A stretch of 63,985 bases of DNA, counting the filler, from Hyphochytrium catenoides (lineage: Eukaryota > Protista > Hyphochytriomycota), in the NCBI GenBank assembly GCA_900088475.1. It is 12 parts of 12 records of this genome, joined end to end, with 100 filler letters (N's around TTAATTAATTAA, not from the genome) between each part and the next. Parts side by side here need not be neighbours in the genome. Positions count along the whole stretch, not along the records: positions 37,518 to 50,966 come from FLMG01003366.1; positions 51,067 to 52,560 come from FLMG01003462.1; positions 52,661 to 55,853 come from FLMG01001532.1; positions 55,954 to 61,230 come from FLMG01003697.1; positions 61,331 to 62,841 come from FLMG01004407.1; 7 more parts are not named here. One strand, given 5' to 3'. Below the pieces are notes generated by a model, which was not told the DNA's origin, did not search any database, and worked only from the letters and a program-made list of their open reading frames with translations. The position numbers were made by a program, and so were the translations under genes. The stretch's first letter is position 1. Every line of letters begins with the position of its first letter. This document shows, one piece after another, positions 50,208 through 61,815 of the stretch.

Positions 50208-50331
50208 TTTGGCGGAGAACCTTCACGAGGAGAGCTTCTAAGTCGCTGGGCTGTCCTTCCTTTGCTTCTTCCACAGGTTTCTGCCCCTAGAAGTTAGCGT
50301 CAATGATGTGAGGGAGAGGGGGAGATTGGAG

Positions 50332-50378
<47 letters not shown>

Positions 50379-50722
50379 GAGAGAAAGAGAAAGAGAGGGA
50401 AAGAAACAGAGAGGGAGAGAAAGAGAGGGCGAGAGAGAGAGAGAGAAGGGGGCCCAACCCTGAAACTTAATCCTCTAAGAGATCGAGAGAGACAAAAGAA
50501 AAGAGAAGGCCAGACGAAGACTGAAGATTGAACGAGAAGAGAGAAGAGAAATAGAGAAATGGCAAGAGAGGAAAGAGTAAGGGCGGAGAGGGAAGAGGGA
50601 GTGAGAGGGAAAGAGAACTCTAGAGAAAGGAAGAAAGAAAAGAGAGAAAGGACGAAGATAGAGACTCTGACTTTGGGGTCTGCAACGCTGTGCTGCGTCT
50701 CCGCTTGGTTCCCGCCATTGGA
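47111..50722 (-). CDS. Hypothetical multi-exon protein (partial), Pro/Ser/Thr-rich with duplicated exons
   Basis: Short exons in CT-rich introns at ~50670-50722, 50221-50286, 49878-49934, 49455-49538, 49089-49172, 48805-48891 and 48343-48431; terminal exon ~47111-47547. No domain recognised. Confidence 0.5.
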
Positions 50723-51315
50723 CCTAATCTAGGAGCAGAGAAGAAAGAAAGGAAAGAAAGAGAACGGGAGAGAGAGAGAGCAAGAAGAGAGAAAGATAGT
50801 GAATCGGCGACAAGGAAGACGAGGGGAATAGACAGTGAGACGAGGGTAGAAAGATAAAGGAATGATAAGGAGGAGAAGAGAGAAAAAGGAAAAAAGAGTG
50901 AGTGAGGAGAATGTAGGAAGAGAAAGAGAGAAAAAGAGAGAGAAAGAAAGCTGCCACTGGCCGACANNNNNNNNNNNNNNNNNNNNNNNNNNNNNNNNNN
51001 NNNNNNNNNNTTAATTAATTAANNNNNNNNNNNNNNNNNNNNNNNNNNNNNNNNNNNNNNNNNNNNTCATAACTCACCCGTGAGTGTCTGCCTTTTCTTA
51101 TGCATGCGTCAAGACGTCTTGGAACTTCGGCTTCGAAACACTGCCTGCAGTACTTTTTGCCTTTGTCTCTCCATGTCAAACGCTTCTTTTTCTCTTCAAA
51201 CTCTCCTCCCTTAATGACGTCCTCTGTCAGCCTGCACCCCGCCGGTTGGCTTCCTCCAATAATAACAGTGCTCTCCACTCCTATGCATAATCTTGTTATC
51301 TTCCTTGATGGAAGA

Positions 51316-52560
51316 TATGGTCCTTTGGGAGGAGATCTAAATAACAATGTCGTCACGGCTACGGCCGAACGCATGCAGAGTCTAGGATACCTGACGGTAC
51401 CGCCGGCGTCACACATTATCCTCCGTTCCCATTGTCTATCTTCTGCCTTCGTCCGGACGGGCTGTGCTCTCTTTCTCGAGCTTGGTCTTTTCAATTGTCG
51501 TGGAGCTTTGGGTTCGATCTTTGCACCGGTTCATGATCATCAGGATGCTCCTCTACTGCCACGTCTTTTTGCTGGCTTGCCATCCGTCCTAACTGCTAAC
51601 TCACAGCGCCTCTCCCACCCTCTTTCTATCATTCTGGCACAATCGACGACAAGTGTCCATTCTCTCGTCTTAAACCTCCCTTGGCTGCACTTCTCCTTAT
51701 CATCATTGCGTCTGAGCACTCTCTCTTCCTTTGTCAGGTCCGTTATAACTTCAGGGGAATTGGTGGATCTACTGGAAGAGTGAGTTGGAGAGGAAACGTA
51801 GAGGTTGAGGACATCAAATGTGTCTGTACCTACGTCCTAGGGCTCCGAGAGACACAGGAACGTGAGCGAGTAGATCGACAAGAAACCTCAAGCGATGAAC
51901 AGGCAGAAGAAGATAGGAAAGAGAAGGATGGAAAGCCGTTGGTCGACAGCATAATCCTCATTGGTTATTCGTACGGATCAGGTGCTGGACTCTCGTTTCT
52001 GCCACATTACTTTTGTTACCACTAGATCTCTCTCTCTCTCATTCTCTCTCTCTCTCTCATTCTCTCTCTCTCTCTCTCTCATTCTTTTTCTTTCTTTCTG
52101 AGGGTATGCAGTCCTTAGCGCTCTCACTCGGTAATGCCTTCTACTTGACCAGCTCAGCCCAAATGGGTCCTTATGCGCAGTTTCATTCTTTCTCTCGGTC
52201 GGAGCGGTGAACCCTGCTTGACGCCCCCTTCCAACGCTTCTGCCTGCCTTATTCTCCGTGTCCAACAGCCATCGCGTCCGCCGCAGCGGATAGTGTGCCC
52301 CAAGTTATTGGATATGCCGCCATCTCTTTCCCTTTTTCTGTTCTATGGGCCATTACAGCCTTCAACTCTACTTCTCTGCTCTCTTTGGCCAAGACGAAGA
52401 AGCCCAAGTTCTTCATCATCGGGGACAGAGATAACTTCACGTCACTCTCTGCCTTCCGCCAATCTCTCTCCTCATTTCCCGAGCCCAAAAGCGTAGCAGT
52501 CGTAGAGGGAGCAGACCACTTTTGGTTCGGGGCAGAGGAAGTCGTATGCGGGAGAGTGGC
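51316..52560 (+). CDS. Alpha/beta-fold hydrolase (partial, intron-containing)
   Basis: YGPLGGDLNNNVV..VRYNFRGIGGSTG..LIGYSYGS (nucleophile Ser)..IIGDRDNF (Asp)..EGADHFW (His). Confidence 0.88.
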
Positions 52561-52712
52561 NNNNNNNNNNNNNNNNNNNNNNNNNNNNNNNNNNNNNNNN
52601 NNNNTTAATTAATTAANNNNNNNNNNNNNNNNNNNNNNNNNNNNNNNNNNNNNNNNNNNNCTGCTGTGACTGCCTAAGATGATGAAATGTCAGAATGGGA
52701 GGTACTCGACTT

Positions 52713-55700
52713 TGCAAACTTTCACACATTGGACAAATGGACATATAAATGGTTTATACTACTTTACAAATTGTCCGGCGAAAAACTTGGACAAGTGGAT
52801 TGTAATTTACAAATGATGTAGGAAGAATCATGTACAAATTCCTTGTATGTTATAAGTGACTTAGCACGAAACGTATACAAATATTTCTTCGATGTACAAA
52901 TAGGAAGCCCAAGTTGTGTACAAACTATTTGTGTCTACAAGGAAGAGCAAAGAATAGATGTACAAATATTTTTGTCGATACAAGTAGCGAGTGAACTATA
53001 GTGTACAATTGTTTGTCCCAGACAAATAAATATTTATTTATATGTACAAGGAAAGCGGCTATGCAAGGGCTATAAAGACCAAGCCAGACTAAAGCTCCGG
53101 CTAGAGCTGGCATCTTCGGAAAGGAACCAACCTCCTCCTTCTTTCTATAAGAGCAATGTTGATGGAGCAGCAGATCAAAATAGATATATACAGGTGTACT
53201 TCTCTTAGGCTTGCAACGGATGGAAACTGGAGACTGGATAGCTATAGCTTTCTTCTCCGTAGATTCTCTTATTATGCACATCTGACTGTACGAACAACGT
53301 AAAGATATCTCTCTCCTCCTTTGGCACAACTACAGTAGTTCTCCTAATAACTAAGGCTTATATTAGTTCTACCTTGTCTTGTGAAAGGTCCATTCTTCCG
53401 CTTATCACAAAGGAAGAAAGTACCATAAAAGTAGTAGCAGCCCACCGGTTTGTAGGACAAACAGTAGCAGTACCATAGAGTAGCCAGTAGAGTACCAGCT
53501 TCGTTCGGTTCAGCTAACCTCGCTGCCGCACACAAAGGGAATAGGGTGTCTACCATCGGCAATCACGAGAAGAGCCGGATGACGACGAAATTGAAATCGA
53601 CCGTAATGATCGCTATCTAATCCAGTTCGTACTGGCTCTTCTGTTCTTCTTCCACCAGAAGAGGGAAGAGTCCTCCGTACTTCGGTAGTAACAAAGTGCT
53701 TCTATCCATCGGTGCTGCTTGCCTACCAGTAGCTCTACTACATTGAATAATCATAAAAAAGCACAATATTCGCTTGTCTGGCTCTCTTAGCTTCTCGTAC
53801 CACGACTCCGCCTCTAATGCTTTACACTGGTTATTTATGGCGCCAGATCTTCTGGATTCGTCTGTAGCAGTGGCTCCCTTTCCCGAGGAAGAGATAGGAG
53901 AGATTCTTATCCCGACAGTCATGCAGGAAGTAGTGCTATAATTTTAGTATAGCCTGACCTCTAGCCCAAAGGACATTGGTAACAGGGAAGGCAGTCTGCC
54001 TGCTGCTGGCTCTCTACTACCCGACATGATCTGGAGGTTTATCCTCCGGCCTATGGCCACAAATAGAGAGACCTCCAATCCGAAGAAGAAGAGTACTGTG
54101 AAAGCTGGAGATCTGGAAGAAGTAACAAAGGAGACCAGAGAGAAGCTACGCGACGCTTTTCGTGAAAGATTTTTTATTAGGTATGATCCCAAGGAGTTCA
54201 AGAAGAAAAAGAAGGAAAGCAGCAGTTTCTACGCCTTTGAGATGGCCTGTGCATTATGTCCTGAAGTAGTCCGTCTTCCCTTCATCGACAGGGCGGTTGA
54301 AAGCCTTGGTCTCGATCTAACCCCAGAGGACTTGAAGGCTCACGCAGAAGAGATAAAGGCACATGTGTGGGATAGAATCAGGGCCCTTGCTATCAAGTCT
54401 GCGAGCAAGAAGAAAGACAACAAGTCAAAGGAAAACGACGGAACCGAAGAGGAGCGTGGGACCAATAGTAGTAGGAGTGTTGATAGCGTTGAGGCGGAGC
54501 CTCCCCGGAAAAAATATCGAATGCAAGAGCTCGGTGAGGCGTTTGATCGCCAACATGCAGCTACGAACAGTGTGTTGAGAGAGTTAGGGCTCATAGACTC
54601 TGGATTCGATGAAGCGAGTGAAGATTCTTCTGTACTAGACCCCGACGAGTGGGACGAGGCAACCATCCAAGCGGTTGTAGATGATGAGATAGAGAGCTTC
54701 AAGGCAGAATTTGGCTCATCATCGAAGTCCAAAGATCCGCAACCGCAGCGGCGTCGATCCCTCCAGCAAAAGAGCAGGTCCAGGAGGTACAGAAAAGATG
54801 AAGTTCTTTTATTCTGGAAAGAAATGCAAGAAGATTATCCCCACTTGGCAGAGGTAGCGAGATGTGTCTTGGCTCTACCTGCCTCGGCCGCTGGCATCGA
54901 GAGGGACTTTGGCATTTCTGGACTACTTATCTCTTCTCGACGGAGCCGGCTAGACACTGCTTTTGTGGAAATGGCACTCTTTCTGAACATTAACGACGAC
55001 ATGGTCGAATGGAATAATGTGCAAAAGATTCCTCCCCATGAGGCCAAGAGGTACATGCCGGGGCGCGAGCCACCGATGAGGTGGTCTTCCACCACCAATG
55101 ATGCTAAAGGTGTCTCTTCCTCTGAAGAGGATTCGAGTGATGATGGACCAGAAGAAGATGCTGAGGAGTTGCTCTCTGAGGGCGAAGAAGAGGCCATTGA
55201 GGAGCTTCTTAATGGCGAGTTTATGGACGTATAGTTTAGGAAGGAGATCATGATAATACCTATCCTAATAATAATAGTATTAAAAGCCTTTGTTTCTTCA
55301 TCATCAACATATGAAATAGTGCTGGTCACTGGTCTCCGCTTTTCTTCGCTCTTGGTCCACCGGAAAGTTCTGTCTGTCTGCTTGCGTCCTTTGTCAGATC
55401 ATCCAAAGATTAGGTGATGAGAACCCCGCTCCTTCCTTCTCCTTTGCCTCTTCACATTCCCCCTAGGTCCTTTCTTCGTCCACTTGTACCTACAAACAAA
55501 TATTTATTTATAGTAGACAAATAGTTGTAGAGCACAAATAGTCCCTCGCCAAACGCATACAAATGTATTTGTATGACACCAATGCCTGCTCCCATGTGAT
55601 GTACAAATTATTTGTATTTACAAATGCGAGATTACGATTTTTGTACAAGTGTTTGTCAAGGTACAAGCAAACTTCTGTGAACCATGTACAAATGGGTTGT

Positions 55701-55830
55701 ACTTACACAAGTAGTGACTTCTAAATTATGTACAACTACTTATATTTACACAATCATCTGATATTTATTTGCGATTGTACTTGTATGCACAAATACAAAT
55801 AAAACTTGTCCAACCTGTGCAAACTTTGCA
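52713..55830 (+). mobile_element. hAT DNA transposon, probably internally deleted
   Basis: Imperfect ~25-bp terminal inverted repeat (TGCAAA.TTT.CAC..TTGGACAA) and arrays of TACAAA/GTACAA subterminal repeats at both ends. No clear 8-bp TSD. Confidence 0.7.
54026..55234 (+). CDS. C-terminal half of a hAT transposase with dimerization domain (402 aa)
   Basis: LLFWKEMQEDYPHLAEVARCVLALPASAAGIERDFGISGLLISSRRSRL matches the hATC signature. Confidence 0.85.
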   Translation: MIWRFILRPMATNRETSNPKKKSTVKAGDLEEVTKETREKLRDAFRERFFIRYDPKEFKKKKKESSSFYAFEMACALCPEVVRLPFIDRAVESLGLDLTPEDLKAHAEEIKAHVWDRIRALAIKSASKKKDNKSKENDGTEEERGTNSSRSVDSVEAEPPRKKYRMQELGEAFDRQHAATNSVLRELGLIDSGFDEASEDSSVLDPDEWDEATIQAVVDDEIESFKAEFGSSSKSKDPQPQRRRSLQQKSRSRRYRKDEVLLFWKEMQEDYPHLAEVARCVLALPASAAGIERDFGISGLLISSRRSRLDTAFVEMALFLNINDDMVEWNNVQKIPPHEAKRYMPGREPPMRWSSTTNDAKGVSSSEEDSSDDGPEEDAEELLSEGEEEAIEELLNGEFMDV

Positions 55831-56451
55831 GCAGTTTGTGATGCATCTAAGAGNNNNNNNNNNNNNNNNNNNNNNNNNNNNNNNNNNNNNNNNNNNNTTA
55901 ATTAATTAANNNNNNNNNNNNNNNNNNNNNNNNNNNNNNNNNNNNNNNNNNNNTTCTTCGCCTCGAGCAGAGGCAGCATCCAGGCGCCGTTCGCTCTGGT
56001 GCGTGGTTCTTCCGCAAATAGGCGCTTCCCGACTGGCTCTAGGCGAAGAAGCTGAGGTTCTCCTACTCGTAGGATGCGGGAGAAGAGTCTGAAAGATGAT
56101 GGAAGGAGAGGCAAGGCAAGCTACCTCCTAAGACACAGGCGGAGATTTCGAAGGTGGCAGGAGATGGAGGCGCAATAATCTCTCTCTGCAGAGAACTTCA
56201 AGCTCCCGCCCACAGTGGCGGGAGCAGCAGCAGCAGAGAGCAGGAGGATTCTGATGTGAAAAGAATGATGAATCAAATATATTTTGCAAAAGCTTCAGAG
56301 AATTTATCGGTTCCTGTACAGAGGTTAGGCTATGAAAATGAAAGCTTCGGTGGAGAACGTTCTTTTCTCTCTCTGTCGTATGCTCCTCTCTCTCTGCTCT
56401 CTCTCTCTCTCCCTCTCTTCTTTTTCCCTCTCTCTCTCTCTCTCTCTCTGT

Positions 56452-56489
<38 letters not shown>

Positions 56490-57041
56490 CCTACTCTCAC
56501 TGCTCTTTGCTCTCTCTCTCTTCTCTTTGCTCTCTCTCTCCCTCCGCTCTCTTCTTTTCTCTCTCATGATCTGTCCTAACGCTCTCCCATGGACGAGTGA
56601 CCTCCCCCACCCTCACTCGCTCAACCTTTTCTCTTCCTTTTGCCGTCTCTCTCTCTCTCTCTGCGCCCGTCGAACCCTCATGATCCACCGGCTGGCCAAC
56701 TCCACAATGAGCTTCACTTTCTGCCCTTCGGGAAGAGCTCAAGTCGGGCAGCTTGTCATTGCATTTCTCAGTAGGTGGTAGCAGCAGGGGAGCATGCCTT
56801 ATGATGGCGCCTAATAAGAGAACAAGGGCTGATGGCAGATGAAGCTCTTGCTCCTCTTTAGAGAGAAGAGAGAGAGAAAGATATCGTGTTGGAGCTATAA
56901 GAGCAAGATGTAGCCGCTCGCCTCTCTTCTCTCTCCTCATATCAGTCTTAACTAGTGGTCTTTGTCTTAGAACGCTCTTTCTCCTGCCCCTTCTCTCTCT
57001 TCCATGCTCTCTCTTCTCTCTTCCAGCACAAGCCTCTCTCC

Positions 57042-60006
57042 TTAAGAGTCCCAATCCTCCGTGACGAAGTTCCTATCAGCAGCAACAGCAGCGCCAACAT
57101 TGACTGTCCCGCTTCCTCCCACAGACGTCTTCTCTCCGTGGGAAGACGTAGAAGACGAGGCTGCGTGCGGCAAGCGTTTCTCTTCTCTCGCTGTCTCCTC
57201 CTCGTCCCAGTTCTCATACATCTCAGCCTTAGCCTCTGTAGCTCTGTGAGGGCCTCGTCTCTCTTCCTCTTTCCCTCTCTCTTCTGTCTGTTTGCCCTGC
57301 GGCGCCGAACCAGCGCGTTGACTTTCTTCAACTGACGCTGTCTTCTCTGCCTTTGGCTGTTCCTTAGGCCTCACCGGCATCTCTTCCTCCTCTTCATCAT
57401 CGCTGAACTCTAACTTTTTCTCAATCTTTGGCGGAGGCAGCGATGCCTCTGTCTTGGTCGCCTTGCCCCTGGCCTTCTTCTCAGTGTCTGAGGCGTCAGA
57501 GCCCAAGGAATCCATCGTCGTAAGCTGACTCTCCGTTGGCTTGGTCCCAACCTTTTTGGCTGTTCTCTCTCCTACAGCGTCACCCTCGGTGTCTCTCTTT
57601 CTGTTGTCCCGCTCTCTTTCGGAAGAGTCCGCCTGGGGCTTCTCTGCAAAGCTGCGGGACGGCGCGAAGCGCTGTTCATCCTCCTGGTCCCGTACGCTTT
57701 GTCTCTGAACTGCTGGCCTCTGGTCATCTTTGAGCTCTAAGCTTTCCTCCTCCACATCGTCATCGCGTGCTTGAGTGGTCTTCTTCTTCTCTCTCGTGGA
57801 GAGAGAGACATTGTCCTTGTGTCGTGTCTTTTCCGAGTCTCTTCTTCTCTCTCTTTCTCTATCAGCCTCCGCTTCATTGGTCTCTCTTCCTTTACGAGCA
57901 GACGATCCTCGCCGACGGTCTTTCTCCTCGTCACTACTCTCCCTTCGGTCCGAGCGACGACGGTCCCGTCTCTTCTCTCTCTCTTTCTCTCTCGTGTCTC
58001 TATCACTTAGTTCTTCCTCACTTTCAGAACTTCCTCTACGGCCTTTAGAGCGTCGGTCACCTCTGTCAGCCTTACTCTCTCTCGGGCTCCGTCGTCGTGG
58101 TCCCGAAGACCGATGGGAACGAGGAGAAGAATCATCCTGAGAGTCTCTCTCTTCGTTAGCGCGGTTCTTTCTTGCGGAGCGACGTCTGTCTGGCCGTCTT
58201 TTCTCCTCGTCGCCATCTCTGTTCTCGTCTTCATCTTCAGAAGAGTAATCCCGTCTGCCTTTGGAGCGAGAGTCCGGTCTTCCACTCTTTGGAGACTTCT
58301 TGTCTTGAGGTGCTCGAGCCTTTCTCTTCTCCTCTTCGCGGCTAGGAGTGGAGGGCTGCTCCGCGCTGGGAGACGAAGGAGCACTCTGCATTGCGCGAGA
58401 GAAACAGTTTGCAGGGAGCGAGAGAGACAGATCGAAGCTTAGAGCGTGAAAGCGCAGTGAGGAAGTAGGACAGAGGAGAGATCAAGAAGGAGTAGACACA
58501 AAGAAGAGGACAGAGGAGAGAGGAAGATCAATAAAGAAAGATGCCTTAAAAAACGAGAGAATAGCAGCCTAGCCACTTGCAGATGCCAGAGACGGACGGA
58601 GGAGAAAGGTGAGAGAGAGAGAGAAGGGGAGAGAGAGAGAGAAGGGGAGAGAGAGAGAGAGAGAAGAAAGAATGAGGATATCGTGTTCTCCTTACACTGA
58701 GCATCTCTGCATTCTTGGCGTCTGAAGGAGAGGAGATGGGCGTGGCAGTCAGGAACTTAACGTACTCCAGCATTTCTCTCCGATAGTGCTCCAGGCTCTT
58801 GACCCAGCAGGTACATTCTGCCTTACTCTCACTCTTGAGGAAGAAGTTCCGCTGACGAGACTCAATCTGGCAAAGCAAGATAATAGCAGAGAGAGAGTAA
58901 GAGAGAGAGAGAGAGAGAGAGTTGACCAGAGAGAAGAAGCTAGAGCCTTAGGTAGGGAAGGAGTTGGGGCTTTATAGTACATAGGGAAAGAGAGAGAGAA
59001 GTGGCGCCCGCTTCTGTCTAGATAGAGAGTGAAAAGAATCAGGCGACAGAGAGACCAGAAGGAGAGACAGCAGGGGAGAACGGAGAAAGACGAGAAGTCT
59101 GCACGGTCAGAAGATTCTCAGGTTTCTCTTTACCTGGAACTGAAGATCATCAAAAGCGACAACAGCAGTGATCTCGTCCAAGTCAATATATCCTGGAAGA
59201 ACCCGGCAACAGTGGTCATAGTAAGAGATAGGAAGAGATAGACGGAGGTAGCCCATATGCTATGACAGGCCTTCTCCTCGTCTCTCCTCTCTCTCTCTCT
59301 CTCTCGTCTCGCTCACTCTCTCTAGCTCTTTCTCTCGCTCTGTGTCTCTTTCTCGTTCTTGTCTCTCTCTCTTCTTTTATTCTCAAGCTCGCAGCTGGTC
59401 TGCCTTCTCTCTCTTCGATTCTTTATTCCTTCTCTTGAACTCTCGGATCTCAGTTCCCGACGTTCGTTCCTTCAGCTCTCTAACCTTGAGGCTTGCTCGC
59501 TGAGGCGTTCTTATAGTATCTGAGCTGCCTGGATTCTAGGTCCACGACAAACCAGCGCTTGTTCCATCCGCTAATGAGGAGGTGCGGCGCCCGCTTAAGC
59601 TTTAGAAGATAACCTTCCAGCTCAGGCGGCTTCGGCTTCTCTTTCTGAGAAGGAAGTAGCGCAATGTCGCGCTTGGAGTTCTGCTTCGTGGCTAGCGATA
59701 GACTGTTCGACGAGCTACCCGTGCCACTGAGGCGACGGTCATTGTCTCTGTTGGATGCGCAAGTTGAAGCGGGTAAGAAGGGAGGTCAAGCGAAAGAAGA
59801 GTGAGCACGTGCTGACGAGAGCTAAAGGCGGGGAAAAAATGAAGGGGAATATGCAAAGCTGAAATCGTGGCCTACGCCGTGAGCAGCTCGACTTACCCTG
59901 CGCGAGGGCTCGCAGTGCCTTCACGCTTGAGAGAGCTGCGTGACTTGGGCTTCGCGGGAGAGGAGTCCTCGCGGCCGCTGCTATCCTCGGAATCACTGCG
60001 AGGCAT
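57042..60006 (-). CDS. PH-domain protein with a long charged, disordered C-terminus, 5 exons
   Basis: Exons ~59897-60006, 59484-59747, 59134-59192, 58696-58866, 57042-58385. PH motifs: EGYLLKLK..WNKRWFVVD..LRYYK..GYIDLDEI..FQIESRQRNFFLKSE..WVKSL. Confidence 0.88.
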
Positions 60007-61330
60007 GGCAAGCAGCGCAGTCGCTTCCTTCCAAGCTAAATCCACCCGTTGCAATAACGTGAGCCGAACAGGCCACTAGCTCTTGCGCCGTCTACGGTGC
60101 TGCCGCGCGGATCTCTGTCTCCTCGCCCTAAGTCCAGGCCCGCGATGTCCGATGAGGAGAAGAGGAAGAAGAGACAGTGCACTTGCATGCCCGCGGGCAT
60201 CGCTCTCCTGCTGTCTCGGACCTTCCGCTCTTCGCCTGTAACGGACGCTCTCTCTCTCCCAACCCATTAAACCCCGTTATTACAAATAGCATCATCCATA
60301 ATGAGCGCTATCGCTGATATAATGACCTTTATGGAGAATGCGGGCCTTGAAGCTCCATCCTTAGTTTTCTGGAGAAAACTTTTTCTCTTTCCAGATCTTT
60401 TGCAGATTTTAGCTGTGGAGCTTTCCAAGCGAGAGGAAGAGAGACCAGAGTGCAACGCAGGACAGATGGGAGAGACCCAAGAAGAAGAGAGAGCAAGAGA
60501 GAGAGGAGAAAGAGAGAGTCTACTCTCAGATGGAGGCTTTTTGTAGGCTGTTACGCCAGGACAAGAAAAGGATGGATGAAGGCCTTTTCAGTTGCATCTC
60601 TTTTGCCAATGGCGGGAACGGAACCTTTGCCCTTTGCCACCGAAGCCCCTGCTTGATGTCTCAGTTCTAATTTAGTAGAAGAAACAACAGGAAGAGAAGA
60701 CTGGATCAATGAGAGTGTTCCTCAGCAGTTGGCATATCGTCCTGGCTGCTGGAGTTGCGAACTGGATTTGCTAGGGAACTGCGCAGCTTGTTAGGTCTTT
60801 TGTGTCACTTGACTTGCTTGGTGCACTTACCCTACTCTCAGCGCGATCTCCATCTCTTTACCTGCTCACCACTAAGCTATTCTTCTCTTTAACGGAAGGG
60901 GGCGAACCAGCTGTCCCAGTCACCCGCACGTTTTAGCAGCTAGAAAGGAAGTCATGCTCGGCAATTGATACTAGTCATTCTCTTATGTTAAGAGCCCACT
61001 CGATGGCTGAGATTCTATAAATACGACGAGTCAGTAATAAATATTGTACGTCCTTGACTTTCCAAAGAGACCTTGACTTTCCAAAGAGACCAGGACGAGC
61101 CCTGAGTTATTGCAGACAACGGTAGAGTCTGATACATCTCATCGCCTGTGCCCCAAGCAGTGCTTGAGAGGAAGAGAAGTGCAGGTCCATGACTGCTCCC
61201 TCAGGGGACGGCAGCTTGCATAACACAGAGNNNNNNNNNNNNNNNNNNNNNNNNNNNNNNNNNNNNNNNNNNNNTTAATTAATTAANNNNNNNNNNNNNN
61301 NNNNNNNNNNNNNNNNNNNNNNNNNNNNNN

Positions 61331-61815
61331 AGAAGGAGAGAGAAGAGAAACGAAGAGAGAAGGAGAGAGAAGAGAGACGAAGGGAGAAGGAGAGAGAAGA
61401 GAGACGAAGGGAGAAGGAGAGAGAAGAGAGACGAAGGGAGAAGGTTAGAGAAGAGAGACGAAGGGAGAAGGTTAGAGAAGAGAGACGAAGGGAGAAGGAT
61501 AGAGGAGAGAGACGCAAGGAAGAAGGAGAGAGAAGAGAGACGCAAGGGAGAAGGAGAGAGAAGAGAGACGCAGGAAGAAGGAGAGAGAAGAGAAACGAAG
61601 AGAGAAGGAGAGAGAAGAGAGACGAAGGGAGAAGGATAGAGGAGAGAGACGCAAGGGAGAAAGAGAGAGAAGAGAGACGCAAAGGAGAAGGAGAGAGAAC
61701 TGAGACGCAAGGATAGAGAAAGAGACGCAAGGGAGAAGGAGAGAGAAGAGAGACGCAAGGAAGAAGGAGAGAGAAGAGAGACGAAAGGGAGAAGGATTGA
61801 GAAGAGAGACGAAGG
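61331..61815. repeat. Purine-rich minisatellite, 26-27-bp unit GAAGGAGAGAGAAGAGAGACG(C)AAGGGA, about 18 copies
   Basis: Directly visible tandem periodicity. Confidence 0.9.

Noticed and set aside
61052-61090. 19-bp direct repeat CCTTGACTTTCCAAAGAGA
   Set aside because: Simple local duplication with no associated structure.
61331-61815. Possible CRISPR-like array
   Set aside because: Contiguous low-complexity units without unique spacers; a minisatellite.
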